This document shows, piece after piece, positions 9,875 through 19,696 of a stretch of 64,000 nucleotides of DNA. Made by a program: the position numbers and the translations under genes. Each line of letters opens with the position of its first letter. Positions within the stretch are counted from its first letter, which is position 1. Below the pieces are notes generated by a model. The model was not told the DNA's origin and made no database searches. It was given only the letters and a program-made list of their open reading frames with translations. Source of the DNA: Leptospiraceae bacterium (GTDB lineage: Bacteria; Spirochaetota; Leptospiria; Leptospirales; Leptonemataceae); NCBI GenBank assembly GCA_040217195.1, contig JAVJNR010000003.1, positions 480,001 through 544,000 of the forward strand, given 5' to 3'.

Positions 9875-12800
9875 CTAACCAGGCAGCCTGGATACCAGCT
9901 CCAGCAAGTTCGGTCTGGATGGCAGCATGAAAAGCCGTCCAAGAAGTTCTGTATCCTCGCGGAAAAAATCGGTGGAAATATAGATCAGTTTGGAATCCAG
10001 ATCCGGATGACTTCTGTTCTGAACCAACTCCAGAAGATCCTGTACCGTTCCAGACATGAATTCGGGTACTGTAGGAGTGATGGATAGTCCAGTTTTATTG
10101 GCCAGCTCATTGAGTATGGAAGACCCAACAATGTTGGTTAGCTCATTCAATACACTCTGTACATCTTCCATGGACATGGACCCGGGATTTCTGGAATTCT
10201 CGGGAAGCCCCATTAGCTCGCCGGCAGCCTCAAAACCTGTGGTTTCGTCGAAAACAAGTAATAGGACTGCGAAAAAATCGCCCTCGGTGCCCAGAGCCAC
10301 AGAAATGAGCCTTTCGCCGGGCACGTATTTTGTCAGTTCCGAATACTCTACGGTGGTAAATTCAGGTACAGCAACTTCCACAGTCACTCCCAGTAGCTGC
10401 GAAAGTACCAGACCAGCATTGATCATTCCAGTGTTGATTACCGAGTATAATTTGGTGTATTCTTCCTCGGAAAGATCCCGACCATGATCTGTCTTGCCGC
10501 CATAGATTTCTCTGGCGGTGCGAACTCGATCCGCCTTTTCCTTTTCGAATTCATGAATGGCCCTGGAGACTCCAGCAGAATCCCCGTCACCAGAAGAACT
10601 TGCATCGCCGTTTAGATGTGCCCCTGAACCAGTATCAGACGTTTGCCGATTCTCTTGCTTTTCGATATCGCCGGCCAGTTCCTGTGTAACCGATTCGGAG
10701 AAATCTTTTGACTCCTGGCCTGACTTATCATCGAAAAATGTAACTGGATCTACCTTTGTTGAAGTTCCACCTGGAGGTCCGGATGTTTTTAGATGGGACG
10801 TTCCACCGGGCACTTCACTGGCCTGAGTTCCGGAAGATAAAGATTTATCCTCTGTACTGGTGGATGCACCTACCAGAACTGGCTCTGGTTGCTCTTGTTC
10901 GGCTTCAGACTTACGATTGCTCCCCCGGCGACGTCTGCCGGACCAGGCAATGGCCTGAACCATTTTATTGTAGGAGTCCGTGGCATATACAGCCTCAAAA
11001 ACCTGTTCTTGTTGCTGCTGCTTATTGCGTCTTCTGGCCTGCAGTCTGGTAGCCAGATCCAACAATCCATGAACATCCAGAACCATAACTATGGAACCAT
11101 CCCCCATAAGGCAGGCTCCAATCAAACCTCGAATGCTTCTGTAGTTCTGTTCCAGACTCTTGATAACAATCTCTTTCTTGCCGGCCATGGCATCCACCAC
11201 GTAGCCAACTTTGCGGCCAGCCACGTTTGCAATAACCACAGGAAATTCTTCTGTTTCTTCGCCATCCAGGGGAAGGCCCATCAGCTCTCTGAGCCTGAAA
11301 ACCGGTAATATCTCTCCACGGAGATTTATAATATCTTTTCCCTGCAAAGTTGTAATATCGGACTGAGTTAACCGGATGGTCTCTACCACATCGGATAATG
11401 GAAAAGCAAACTCTTCGCCGCGAATACGAATCAGAATGGCACTGATAATAGCCAGAGTTAGAGGAAATGAAAGAACAAAGCTGCATCCGGCGCCAGGATT
11501 GTTCTGAACCTGAATGCTTCCCTTGAATTCCTGCACCATTTTGCGAACAACATTCATTCCCACGCCACGGCCGGAAACATCGGTTACTTCGGATGCGGTG
11601 GAGAACCCTGGATGAAAAATAAGGTTGTACACCTCTTCATCGCTCATGGTTTCGGTGCCGTCTACAAGGCCCAGGGATACAGCCTTTTCTGAAATGGCCT
11701 TTCGATCCATTCCTCGACCGTCATCCTTTATTTCAACGTAGATATTGTTTCCGCTTTGATATGCATTGAGCACTAGAGTTGCTGTACGATCTTTTCCTTT
11801 CTCTTCTCTTTCTGCGGGTTTTTCAATTCCATGATCCAGGGCATTGCGAAGCAAATGTAGAAGTGGATCATTCAGCGCATCGATGATGTTCTTGTCCAGT
11901 TCCGTATCTTCTCCCTGAAAGACAAGATTCACTTCCTTACCCAGGTTCAAGGCCAGATCTCTCACCGGCCTTGGAAAGCGATGAAATACTAGACCAACAG
12001 GTATCATTCTGGTTTTCATGATACCGCTTTGCAGATCACGTGCAATTCGCGCCGCTTGATCGATCTTACTCTTCAATTCTCCCAGAGCATGGGATTCGCC
12101 AATTTCTTCACTCAGATCTTCATAAATCTTCTGAAGACCTGAATTCGTAATTACCAGTTCACCAACGCTGTTCAGCAAATAATCAATCTTTTCGGATGAT
12201 ACCTTGATGTTTCTGGTCTTGATAATTGTTTCATCGGCCGTTGTAGTGGCAGCCGTACGAGCATCATGTATTTCTTTCGTCTCGCCCTTTCTTGGAAGAG
12301 AGCGCTCATTCAGGTAAACTTCCTCCACCATATCTACCTGGCTTACTTTCAGTACTGCTTCTCTCTTCGCATCCCCATAAAAAATGAAGTCCATGGTATG
12401 CCCCTCGTAGGCCCCGGACTCCAGGTCGCTTTCTGGCGGATTGGTGCGGTAAACAGTTCCAATTTTACGCAGATTGATCAGAAGCAGTAATAGCCGCATG
12501 TTTCGCATGGGCGCCTCTGGATCCAGCACCACATGACCATCGAAGACCACATGTTTTCCTGCTTTTTCAACCAGGTCCTCCGCTTCTGAATCGGATAGCT
12601 TAATGAAATAATCTCTGGATGCGCCGCCTGATTCCACGGGCCCGGAAGGGCTTTTCTGGTCGCCAGCCTCCGTACCGGGATTTGCTGGGCCCGATTTATC
12701 GGGCACCGCCGATGGCGATTCTTCTGGCGAAGGCTGAACATGAGAGACCAGTTCATCGATTAGATCCTGAAAAGAATCATCGGGCTTACCACCGTTGGCA

Positions 12801-13105
12801 ACAATGGCCACCGCAGCCTTGATACGATCCAGGCAGCGAAAGAACAGGTTTACCACTTCTGTGGTAATCTGCAATTTGCTATCTTTCACCTTTTGCAATA
12901 GGTCTTCCATATGATGCGCAAGCGCTGAAAGACCGTCCAGCCCAACAAAGGCTGCACTGGATTTCAGTGTATGAGCAGAGCGAAAGATTTCATTGATAGT
13001 TTCTGGATCGTATCCATCCCGCTCCAACCGGAGCAGATTCTGGTTTAGATCTTCAATGTGCTCGGACGCTTCGTCCAGGAATAGTTCTGTGTAACGATCA
13101 GCCAT
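9875..13105 (-). CDS. cheA: Chemotaxis histidine kinase CheA with fused C-terminal CheC-like domain
   Basis: HPT (FRSAHTLKS), dimerisation domain, HATPase (LRNALDHG, DDGRG, SGRGVGM), CheW domain, long linker, then CheC-like repeat (NELTNIVG). Confidence 0.95.
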   Translation of the reverse strand: MADRYTELFLDEASEHIEDLNQNLLRLERDGYDPETINEIFRSAHTLKSSAAFVGLDGLSALAHHMEDLLQKVKDSKLQITTEVVNLFFRCLDRIKAAVAIVANGGKPDDSFQDLIDELVSHVQPSPEESPSAVPDKSGPANPGTEAGDQKSPSGPVESGGASRDYFIKLSDSEAEDLVEKAGKHVVFDGHVVLDPEAPMRNMRLLLLLINLRKIGTVYRTNPPESDLESGAYEGHTMDFIFYGDAKREAVLKVSQVDMVEEVYLNERSLPRKGETKEIHDARTAATTTADETIIKTRNIKVSSEKIDYLLNSVGELVITNSGLQKIYEDLSEEIGESHALGELKSKIDQAARIARDLQSGIMKTRMIPVGLVFHRFPRPVRDLALNLGKEVNLVFQGEDTELDKNIIDALNDPLLHLLRNALDHGIEKPAEREEKGKDRTATLVLNAYQSGNNIYVEIKDDGRGMDRKAISEKAVSLGLVDGTETMSDEEVYNLIFHPGFSTASEVTDVSGRGVGMNVVRKMVQEFKGSIQVQNNPGAGCSFVLSFPLTLAIISAILIRIRGEEFAFPLSDVVETIRLTQSDITTLQGKDIINLRGEILPVFRLRELMGLPLDGEETEEFPVVIANVAGRKVGYVVDAMAGKKEIVIKSLEQNYRSIRGLIGACLMGDGSIVMVLDVHGLLDLATRLQARRRNKQQQQEQVFEAVYATDSYNKMVQAIAWSGRRRRGSNRKSEAEQEQPEPVLVGASTSTEDKSLSSGTQASEVPGGTSHLKTSGPPGGTSTKVDPVTFFDDKSGQESKDFSESVTQELAGDIEKQENRQTSDTGSGAHLNGDASSSGDGDSAGVSRAIHEFEKEKADRVRTAREIYGGKTDHGRDLSEEEYTKLYSVINTGMINAGLVLSQLLGVTVEVAVPEFTTVEYSELTKYVPGERLISVALGTEGDFFAVLLLVFDETTGFEAAGELMGLPENSRNPGSMSMEDVQSVLNELTNIVGSSILNELANKTGLSITPTVPEFMSGTVQDLLELVQNRSHPDLDSKLIYISTDFFREDTELLGRLFMLPSRPNLLELVSRLPG

Positions 13106-13107
13106 AC

Positions 13108-13626
13108 TTACAGTTCCAGAAGGTCTTCATCCTGGTCCGCTGTCTGCATCGAAAACAGAATGGCCAGATTAAAGATCAAAAAGATTCGTTCGGAACTACG
13201 TCCGACTCCTTTCAGGTAGTGATTGGAGAGTCCCTTAACTTCCGGACTTTCTATATCCTCTTCCGCTACGGAAGCAACTTCCACAACCCGATCCACCAGC
13301 AAACCCAGGTTCTTATTCTGCCAGGTACAGACCACAATGCGAGTAGTATCCTTGATTTCTGCATAATCGTCTGAAAATTTCTTTAAGATGTCTACAACTG
13401 GAATGATATTTCCACGCAGATTTATTACACCCAGGACTTCGGACTCCACGTTGGGAAGCCGGGTCACATTTACAGGCTTCAAAATCTCATGGGTTTCCAG
13501 GATGTTTACTCCGTACAAACCGTTGCCGGACTGGAAAACCAGGAATTGGAGCTTTTCCACCAGAGATTCTTCCGATTGCTCCCCGTCATAGTAGCTACGT
13601 TCGGTTAATGCTGTGTTGTCGGTCAT
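13108..13626 (-). CDS. cheW: Chemotaxis adaptor CheW
   Basis: GVINLRGNIIPVVD, GLLVDRV. Confidence 0.93.
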   Translation of the reverse strand: MTDNTALTERSYYDGEQSEESLVEKLQFLVFQSGNGLYGVNILETHEILKPVNVTRLPNVESEVLGVINLRGNIIPVVDILKKFSDDYAEIKDTTRIVVCTWQNKNLGLLVDRVVEVASVAEEDIESPEVKGLSNHYLKGVGRSSERIFLIFNLAILFSMQTADQDEDLLEL

Positions 13627-14210
13627 GAGTACGTAACGATCCTTTCTTCGGTGATAATTTTATTCAACCGTAAATCATGAGGCTCCGCGGGGAAAGGAGC
13701 GTCCAGGAGTTTTTCAGGCAGGATGGCCCACTTCTCCATGCTTGCATAGGGCTCATGATCCATCAATCGATCATAAAACCCGCCCCCTTTGCCAAGCCTG
13801 TACCCTTCTGTATTCACCGCCATCGTAGGCACTATGATTACATCCGATTTCCGGGGCACCATCTGCGGGGCCGTGGCCGGTGGCTCCATCAATCCATAGG
13901 CGCCCGGCTCAAGATTGAGTATCTGCTCCCCTGCCTCCAAATAGAGATGAAAGGTTAGCGAAAATCCCTGCCCCACCAGCGGTAGAGCCACATCCCAGCC
14001 AGAAGCCTCAAGATCTTTGAGTACATTAAATTCGGATCTCACCGGATGATAGGCAAGGCACCGGGATGTCTTTTTTCTTTCAGTTTGGATGGACAAGAAC
14101 TGGCAAAATGCTTGGTGCAAACTTGCTACTTCGGAACTGGCCAGAAACTCTTTCCAGAATTCTCTGGATTCATTGCGCACATGAACTTTGGATTTAATTG
14201 GTGGCAACAT
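13623..14210 (-). CDS. 5-formyltetrahydrofolate cyclo-ligase (YgfA/Fau family)
   Basis: YGLMEP, IIVP, GYRLGKGGGFYDR, EPHD...IITE. Confidence 0.92.
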   Translation of the reverse strand: MLPPIKSKVHVRNESREFWKEFLASSEVASLHQAFCQFLSIQTERKKTSRCLAYHPVRSEFNVLKDLEASGWDVALPLVGQGFSLTFHLYLEAGEQILNLEPGAYGLMEPPATAPQMVPRKSDVIIVPTMAVNTEGYRLGKGGGFYDRLMDHEPYASMEKWAILPEKLLDAPFPAEPHDLRLNKIITEERIVTYS

Positions 14211-14317
14211 AGACAGAATCGGCCCGGCCTCCGGAACTCAGAGCCAGAGGCGGGAAATGTCATGCGAATCGTAAGGATCCAGGTCAGGCGCAGAGTTCAT
14301 TTCAGTCATCACTGCAC

Positions 14318-14345
14318 TTGACACAATCCTGGACTGTGTCATAAT
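14318..14345 (+). promoter_or_regulatory. Sigma70-type promoter of the 6S RNA candidate
   Basis: TTGACA (14318-14323), 16-bp spacer, extended -10 TG-t-CATAAT (14337-14345), about 6 nt before the RNA stem begins. Confidence 0.7.
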
Positions 14346-14351
14346 GGAGAT

Positions 14352-14540
14352 GCGGGGCTCTGCAGTGTGCGAGTTCAATTTTTCCTGGTCTCAAATATTT
14401 TCTGGAAGGGGACCCGGGTTTACGGGCGGATATCAAGCCCCTTAAATGCGGGGAAGATAGAAACCTGTGATAGGAACCCCACTTGTTTTTACAAGGCCGG
14501 AAAAGTTAAAGAACGCCACAGGCGGTACCCCCGCCCCTTT
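14352..14540 (+). ncRNA. ssrS: 6S RNA candidate
   Basis: About 185 nt rod-like hairpin: gcgggg/ccccgc closing stem, gttc/gaac, ttttcctggtct/aggccggaaaa, an AU-rich central bubble, gggg/cccc and gggttt/aaacct. Lies in the classic zapA-ygfA position, with a promoter upstream and a U-run downstream. Confidence 0.75.
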
Positions 14541-14557
14541 TGTTAGCTGGCCTGGAG

Positions 14558-14884
14558 TCAGTAAATACTATCTCCAGCCAGTCCTTCATCCAGTAGAGTG
14601 ATCATATATCTGGTCTTCTGGGCCAGAACTTCATCCTCTGGCCCCTGACGAGACGGGTTGCGCCTTTCCTGCAGTAATTCATCTGCCAGATTTAACGCTG
14701 CAAGCACAGCCAGACGGCTCCTGGACATTCCGCGGGAGTTTCTGGCAAGCTCACGCATTCGATCATCCACCAGTCTGGCCACATCTGCAATGTAATCTAC
14801 GCTTTCATCTCCGCGAACAACATACTTTTCGCCAAAGATATCTACCGTAGTTCTGGCAACTTTCTGAGAAGCGGCCGCAGTCAT
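14558..14884 (-). CDS. zapA: Cell division protein ZapA
   Basis: VDIFGEKY...VDDRMREL...RLAVLAALNLADEL. Confidence 0.92.
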   Translation of the reverse strand: MTAAASQKVARTTVDIFGEKYVVRGDESVDYIADVARLVDDRMRELARNSRGMSRSRLAVLAALNLADELLQERRNPSRQGPEDEVLAQKTRYMITLLDEGLAGDSIY

Positions 14885-15783
14885 TATTTCACTTCTTCCT
14901 CAACAATCAAAAAGTCATCATCATCTTCTACGTCGAAGACACCCAGGGAATCATCGTCATCCAGAACTATCTCTTCATCATCGCCAGAGCCACCTGAGAT
15001 TTCCACAGTTGTGGTATCCGATGCTGGCGCAGCCGATGAGCTCGGCCCGGAAGAGTCCGATTCATCGATTATTTCCAGCTCATCGTCCTGAGCGAAAATT
15101 ATATCATCCTCTTCTTCATCGTCCAGTACAATGATTTCCTCATCGTCTTCCGTTACGACATCAGAGCTTTCCATGGTGGCTGCCGGGTCTGATTGTGGCG
15201 CGCTGTCTGAGAATGCAGGAGAGGGCTCTTCCATGGGGGTGCTGGCCGGAGTTGTGGCCGGAAGATCTTCTTCATCCAGTATTACTACGCTTTCATCCTC
15301 AGAGGACAGAGAGCTGGAGGTATCGAAATCAGAGTCATCGTCCTCGATAACTATGGTCTCTTCTTCCAGATCGGGCATGGGAGTTTCAACGGCAGAAGCC
15401 GGAGTATCCATAGCTGCTGCCGGTTCCGAAGACACCGCCGCTGCGGGAGCCACGGAAGCTGCAGGGGATGCAGATCGAGATGGAGCACCACCGCCGGATT
15501 CCATATGGGCCAGGCGGCCGAGCATCTCGTTGATACGTTTTTCCAGAACCCCTTCTTTCTCTTTGAGTTCCTTTAGTTCTGCTCCGGTCTTTTCCAGCTG
15601 ATCCTTCAGCGAAACCATTTCCTGCTCTTTCTTATCCAGAGCCAGTTTCATTTCATCGTGCTCGGAGCGGAGCTTGTCGTTTTCCGACTCCAGGCGTGAG
15701 TTCTCAGAACGCAGATCCCCGATCAGGTCCAGGGCCCTAACAATTCTACCTTCGAGTTCGTCCAGTTGCTCCAGTGTAATCAT
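14884..15783 (-). CDS. ZapB-like coiled-coil protein with long acidic low-complexity tail
   Basis: LEQLDELEGRIVRALDLIGDLRSEN coiled coil, directly upstream of zapA; about 200 aa D/E/S/A/P-rich tail. Confidence 0.7.
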   Translation of the reverse strand: MITLEQLDELEGRIVRALDLIGDLRSENSRLESENDKLRSEHDEMKLALDKKEQEMVSLKDQLEKTGAELKELKEKEGVLEKRINEMLGRLAHMESGGGAPSRSASPAASVAPAAAVSSEPAAAMDTPASAVETPMPDLEEETIVIEDDDSDFDTSSSLSSEDESVVILDEEDLPATTPASTPMEEPSPAFSDSAPQSDPAATMESSDVVTEDDEEIIVLDDEEEDDIIFAQDDELEIIDESDSSGPSSSAAPASDTTTVEISGGSGDDEEIVLDDDDSLGVFDVEDDDDFLIVEEEVK

Positions 15784-15954
15784 TACGTCTCCTTGTGATC
15801 AGCCTATCCTGATTATGCATTATAGCAGAGCTGTGCTCTGCTTCTAATGACGGCATAACACTGAAGAAACAAGAAGTTTTTTTTCGGAGCCTGGGTGGAA
15901 AGATTAATCCATAAAAGCAGGTATATAGCAAAGGCGCTAGAAGTGAATGGGCAC

Positions 15955-15983
15955 AAAAAAGGCCGGAAAAAACCGGCCTTTTT
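15955..15983. terminator. Intrinsic terminator after rplT
   Basis: aaaaaa-ggccgg-aaaaaa-ccggcc-ttttt. Confidence 0.85.
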
Positions 15984-16008
15984 GAAAATCAAGTGTTGTG
16001 ATTTAAAC

Positions 16009-16359
16009 TCAGGCAGCTTTTCGGGCTGTTTCTACAACCACGTCGAATGCTCTAGGATCGCTGAATGCCAGCTCGGCCAGAGTCTTTCGGTTCATTTGAA
16101 TTCCGGCTTTGTTTGCCAGATCAATGAACCTGGAGTAGGAAAGTCCTCTTTCTCTCACAGCAGCGTTGATTCTCTGAATCCACAGAGCACGCATATCTCT
16201 CTTTTTTCTGCGCCGGTCATTGAAGGCATGGAATCCTGCCTTCATCACAGCAATGCGTGCAAATCTATAGAGACGGTGGCGACCTCCGCGGTAGCCCTCC
16301 GCCTTTCTCATCAGTCGCTTTCTGCGATTCTTATGAAGTGTGCCGTTTTTAGCTCTCAT
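16009..16359 (-). CDS. rplT: 50S ribosomal protein L20
   Basis: AEGYRG, DRRRKKRDMRALWIQRINAA, NRKTLAELA. Confidence 0.98.
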   Translation of the reverse strand: MRAKNGTLHKNRRKRLMRKAEGYRGGRHRLYRFARIAVMKAGFHAFNDRRRKKRDMRALWIQRINAAVRERGLSYSRFIDLANKAGIQMNRKTLAELAFSDPRAFDVVVETARKAA

Positions 16360-16373
16360 TACTTTCTACCAGT

Positions 16374-16574
16374 TCAATTTCCGTTAGGGAGCAAATTTCG
16401 AATCTCTTTCAGATCCGCTTCTGCCACATAGCCACCTTTACGTAGCTTACGCTTACGCTTCATGGCTTTTTTGGTCAGGATATGGTTCGCGAAGCCGCTG
16501 GATCGCTTCACCTTTCCGCTGGCGGTGAATTTGAACCGCTTGGCGGCCGCTCTATTTGTCTTCATCTTTGGCAT
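16374..16574 (-). CDS. rpmI: 50S ribosomal protein L35
   Basis: [21 protein letters not shown]...HILTKK; true start at 16574. Confidence 0.97.
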   Translation of the reverse strand: MPKMKTNRAAAKRFKFTASGKVKRSSGFANHILTKKAMKRKRKLRKGGYVAEADLKEIRNLLPNGN

Positions 16575-16581
16575 AGAAGTA

Positions 16582-17217
16582 TTACTCCGACGAAGGGCCA
16601 GATTTTTCGCCCGCGCCTTTGGTAGCAACCTCTTTTTGCTTACCACCCTCTTCTGCTTTGGTGGGCTTCTTTTTTGCTACGGATCTGGGAGCCAGTACCA
16701 TGACAATCTGACGGCCTTCCATTTTTGCTGGGCTTTCTACCTGGGAAATATCCGAAGTATCCTGGGCCAATCGGTCCATGAGCTTCATTCCAAGTTCCGG
16801 GTGAGTAATCTCTCGGCCCCGAAAACGCAGGCTGACTTTGACCTTGTCTCCCTTTTCCAGAAATCCGATGGCATTGCGCTTCTTGATATCGTAGTCATGA
16901 TCCCCGATCTTGGGTCGCATCTTGATTTCTTTAATGCTAACGGTATGCTGGTTTTTGGCCTGCTCTTTCTTCTTTTTCTGCTGCTCGAACTTCCATTTAC
17001 CGTAATCGATAATTTTACATACCGGTGGGTCCTGGTCCGGAGACACTTCTACCAGATCCAGGCCTGCTTGCTCCGCCCGTTCCAGAGCGACGCGGATATC
17101 TATTACCTCGATTCCTTTTCCTTCTGTTACCAGCCGCACTTTATCCGCCCGAATTTGACGATTTGTGCGTGGCTCCTTGGCGCGAGGTGGCGCCTTATGG
17201 GATTTCCTTCTTGCCAT
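16582..17217 (-). CDS. infC: Translation initiation factor IF-3
   Basis: [36 protein letters not shown]. Confidence 0.97.
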   Translation of the reverse strand: MARRKSHKAPPRAKEPRTNRQIRADKVRLVTEGKGIEVIDIRVALERAEQAGLDLVEVSPDQDPPVCKIIDYGKWKFEQQKKKKEQAKNQHTVSIKEIKMRPKIGDHDYDIKKRNAIGFLEKGDKVKVSLRFRGREITHPELGMKLMDRLAQDTSDISQVESPAKMEGRQIVMVLAPRSVAKKKPTKAEEGGKQKEVATKGAGEKSGPSSE

Positions 17218-17345
17218 TCAACCTCCATCTAAAATAAGCCGGACTCTTCAGGCTAGGCACCCGAAAAGGACCGATCTGTGCACAACCCGGTGCACCGGGG
17301 CCCGGTGGGCCAGTACGCAAGGGAAGCAATGGCTTCCATAGTTTC
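17218..17345 (-). promoter_or_regulatory. Candidate L20-responsive leader of infC-rpmI-rplT
   Basis: Hairpin GGAAGC-CAUU-GCUUCC with an alternative partner GAAG...GGCUU just before AUUUU and the SD. Confidence 0.35.
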
Positions 17346-17482
17346 GCGCACGTCCGTATCAGACCCGGAATTGCATTGTATGCAAGCAATTTCCGGGATT
17401 TTTATAGGCGGCTAAACACCGTCAACCGCCTTCTTTGCATCGCAGCCGGGACTTTTGGACCCGGCCATTGAGCATTCGAGTA

Positions 17483-18739
17483 TTAATCCAGTCTAAAGCG
17501 ATCCATGGGGAATGCCTGGGCCAGTTCAGCAACACCCTGCTGCACTGCTTTGCGTTTCCCTTCATCCTCAATATTTTCCAGTAAATCGCAAATAAGATTT
17601 CCTACCTTTTTCATCTCATCTGTACCGAATCCACGGGTGGTCAGTGCAGGAGTTCCCAATCGGACACCGCTGGTAACAGCCGGCGGATGAGGATCGAAAG
17701 GAATACCATTCTTGTTGGCCGTAATTCCGGCATTATGCAGAGCATCTGCAGCCGCGGCTCCTGTAAGGCCTCTTTCGCCTACATTGAGCAGGACCATGTG
17801 GTTGTCGGTTCCTCCGCTAATTATCGGAAAGTTACGAGACATCAAAGTCTCAGCCAGGGCCTTTGCATTCTCTTTTACCTGCTTTGCATAATCCTTGAAG
17901 GAAGGCTGCAGAGCCTCTCCGAAGGCCACGGCTTTGGCAGCAATCACATGCATGAGCGGGCCGCCCTGTACCCCGGGAAATACCCTGGAATTTAGTTTTT
18001 TGAAGTAGTCCTCTTCATTGGATACGATGAGACCACCCCGGGGACCACGAAGGGTCTTATGAGTGGTGGTTGTAACAATGTGTGCCAGTCCTACAGGATT
18101 GGGATGCTCGTCGGCTACAATCAGACCTGCAATGTGGGCCACGTCGGCCATCAGCAGGGCTCCCACTTCATCGGCAATCTCACGAAAAGCAGCGAAATCC
18201 AGTTCACGTGGATAAGCGCTGAAGCCAGCAATAATCATTTTGGGCTTATGCTCTTTTGCCAGGCTTCTAACCTGATCAAAATCAATGCGATGGTCTTTTT
18301 CCCGCACACCATAAGCTACCGGCTGATACACTCTACCGGAAAAGTTCACTTTGGAACCATGGGTCAGGTGGCCGCCATGGGCCAGGTCCATTCCCAGGAA
18401 TTTATCGCCTGGCTCTAGAGCTGCCAGAAATACGGCCATGTTTGCTTGAGCTCCGGAATGAGGCTGAACGTTAGCGTAGTTGGATTTAAATAACTTTTTT
18501 GCTCGATCGATGGCAATATCTTCGATCAGGTCTGCATTTTCGCAGCCATTGTAATACCGCTTGGCCGGGTATCCTTCGGCATACTTATTTGTCAGTGTGG
18601 ATGTATAGGTTTCCAGAACCGCCTGGCTTACAAAGTTTTCGGAGGCGATCATTTCTAGATTATTCTGTTGTCTTTCGTCTTCCTTTACCAGCGCGGAATA
18701 AACGTCAGCATCTTGAGATTTAAGATGGTTTTTTAGCAT
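17483..18739 (-). CDS. glyA: Serine hydroxymethyltransferase
   Basis: [28 protein letters not shown]. Confidence 0.98.
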   Translation of the reverse strand: MLKNHLKSQDADVYSALVKEDERQQNNLEMIASENFVSQAVLETYTSTLTNKYAEGYPAKRYYNGCENADLIEDIAIDRAKKLFKSNYANVQPHSGAQANMAVFLAALEPGDKFLGMDLAHGGHLTHGSKVNFSGRVYQPVAYGVREKDHRIDFDQVRSLAKEHKPKMIIAGFSAYPRELDFAAFREIADEVGALLMADVAHIAGLIVADEHPNPVGLAHIVTTTTHKTLRGPRGGLIVSNEEDYFKKLNSRVFPGVQGGPLMHVIAAKAVAFGEALQPSFKDYAKQVKENAKALAETLMSRNFPIISGGTDNHMVLLNVGERGLTGAAAADALHNAGITANKNGIPFDPHPPAVTSGVRLGTPALTTRGFGTDEMKKVGNLICDLLENIEDEGKRKAVQQGVAELAQAFPMDRFRLD

Positions 18740-18835
18740 TTGCTTCTCCTTATGAATATATGGCCCATGAACTTAACTTCTAAATTCCAGAGTCAGTGCC
18801 TTCCCTTTTCCCAGAAAGGCTTTCCCTATCCTGCA

Positions 18836-19696
18836 TTAACCAGAGGCTCGTCTGCTACCCTGAACTGTACCTTCCAGTTTTCCATGCATGATCCAGTCCG
18901 GTTGTCCGTAGCGGGTGCGAACCAGGTTTCTGGCAAGGGCGAAGATATTTTTACGATCGTCCGAGGGGATGATTCCCTCCGATCCCTGTCCCACCAGATT
19001 GGAGACTTCAGATACCAGGAAGTTGTAGAATGACGATAAATCAAAATGTTCTGGCAATGAACCCAGGAAGGACTCATGGGTCCGACCCTGGCGATAATCC
19101 GGCTCTTCCGGAGGATGAGTCAGATATCTACTTATAAATGGAATCAGGTCCGATCGCGTCAACAAAGTTCCATGATGCGAAATCATGCCAGATTTGCGAA
19201 ACTGAGCATTTCCGGAGATCTTTCTGGGGATTCCGTCCGATTCATCGATGACCAGGTCCGACAGGCCCATCTGGCGAGCTATGACTCCCTGAGCTTCCAG
19301 CCCCCGAATCACAAATCCCAGAAATACTTCGTAGGATTTCTTCAATGAGAAAAGGTCCGGAAATTGTTCTACGGAAACAGTAATTGTGTAGTTCAGATTA
19401 CCGGGACCATGAAGCACAGTTCCTCCGCCTGAGGACCTGCGACAGAGTAGCGGTCGAGCGCTCCACACTTCTTTCTTCTGGCTCACGCGAAATCGCTCAA
19501 TGTATTCTGGAATCAAATTCTTGCCTACCTGACAGGTGCGGCCAAGAATGATTGAATACGGATTGGTCCAGAAACGAACCACGGCAGTGGCCGATTTATG
19601 GCCATTTCCTTTGCCATAGTAGAGTGCAACCGCCTCATCCAGTGCCAACGACATGTAAGGATTGCGCGGTTTTAGATCGGGCAATTCCAGAAACAT
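18836..19696 (-). CDS. Lipoate-protein ligase A family protein
   Basis: ALDEA, RRSSGGGTVLH..GNLNY, RKISGNAQ, HHGTLL. Confidence 0.88.
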   Translation of the reverse strand: MFLELPDLKPRNPYMSLALDEAVALYYGKGNGHKSATAVVRFWTNPYSIILGRTCQVGKNLIPEYIERFRVSQKKEVWSARPLLCRRSSGGGTVLHGPGNLNYTITVSVEQFPDLFSLKKSYEVFLGFVIRGLEAQGVIARQMGLSDLVIDESDGIPRKISGNAQFRKSGMISHHGTLLTRSDLIPFISRYLTHPPEEPDYRQGRTHESFLGSLPEHFDLSSFYNFLVSEVSNLVGQGSEGIIPSDDRKNIFALARNLVRTRYGQPDWIMHGKLEGTVQGSRRASG

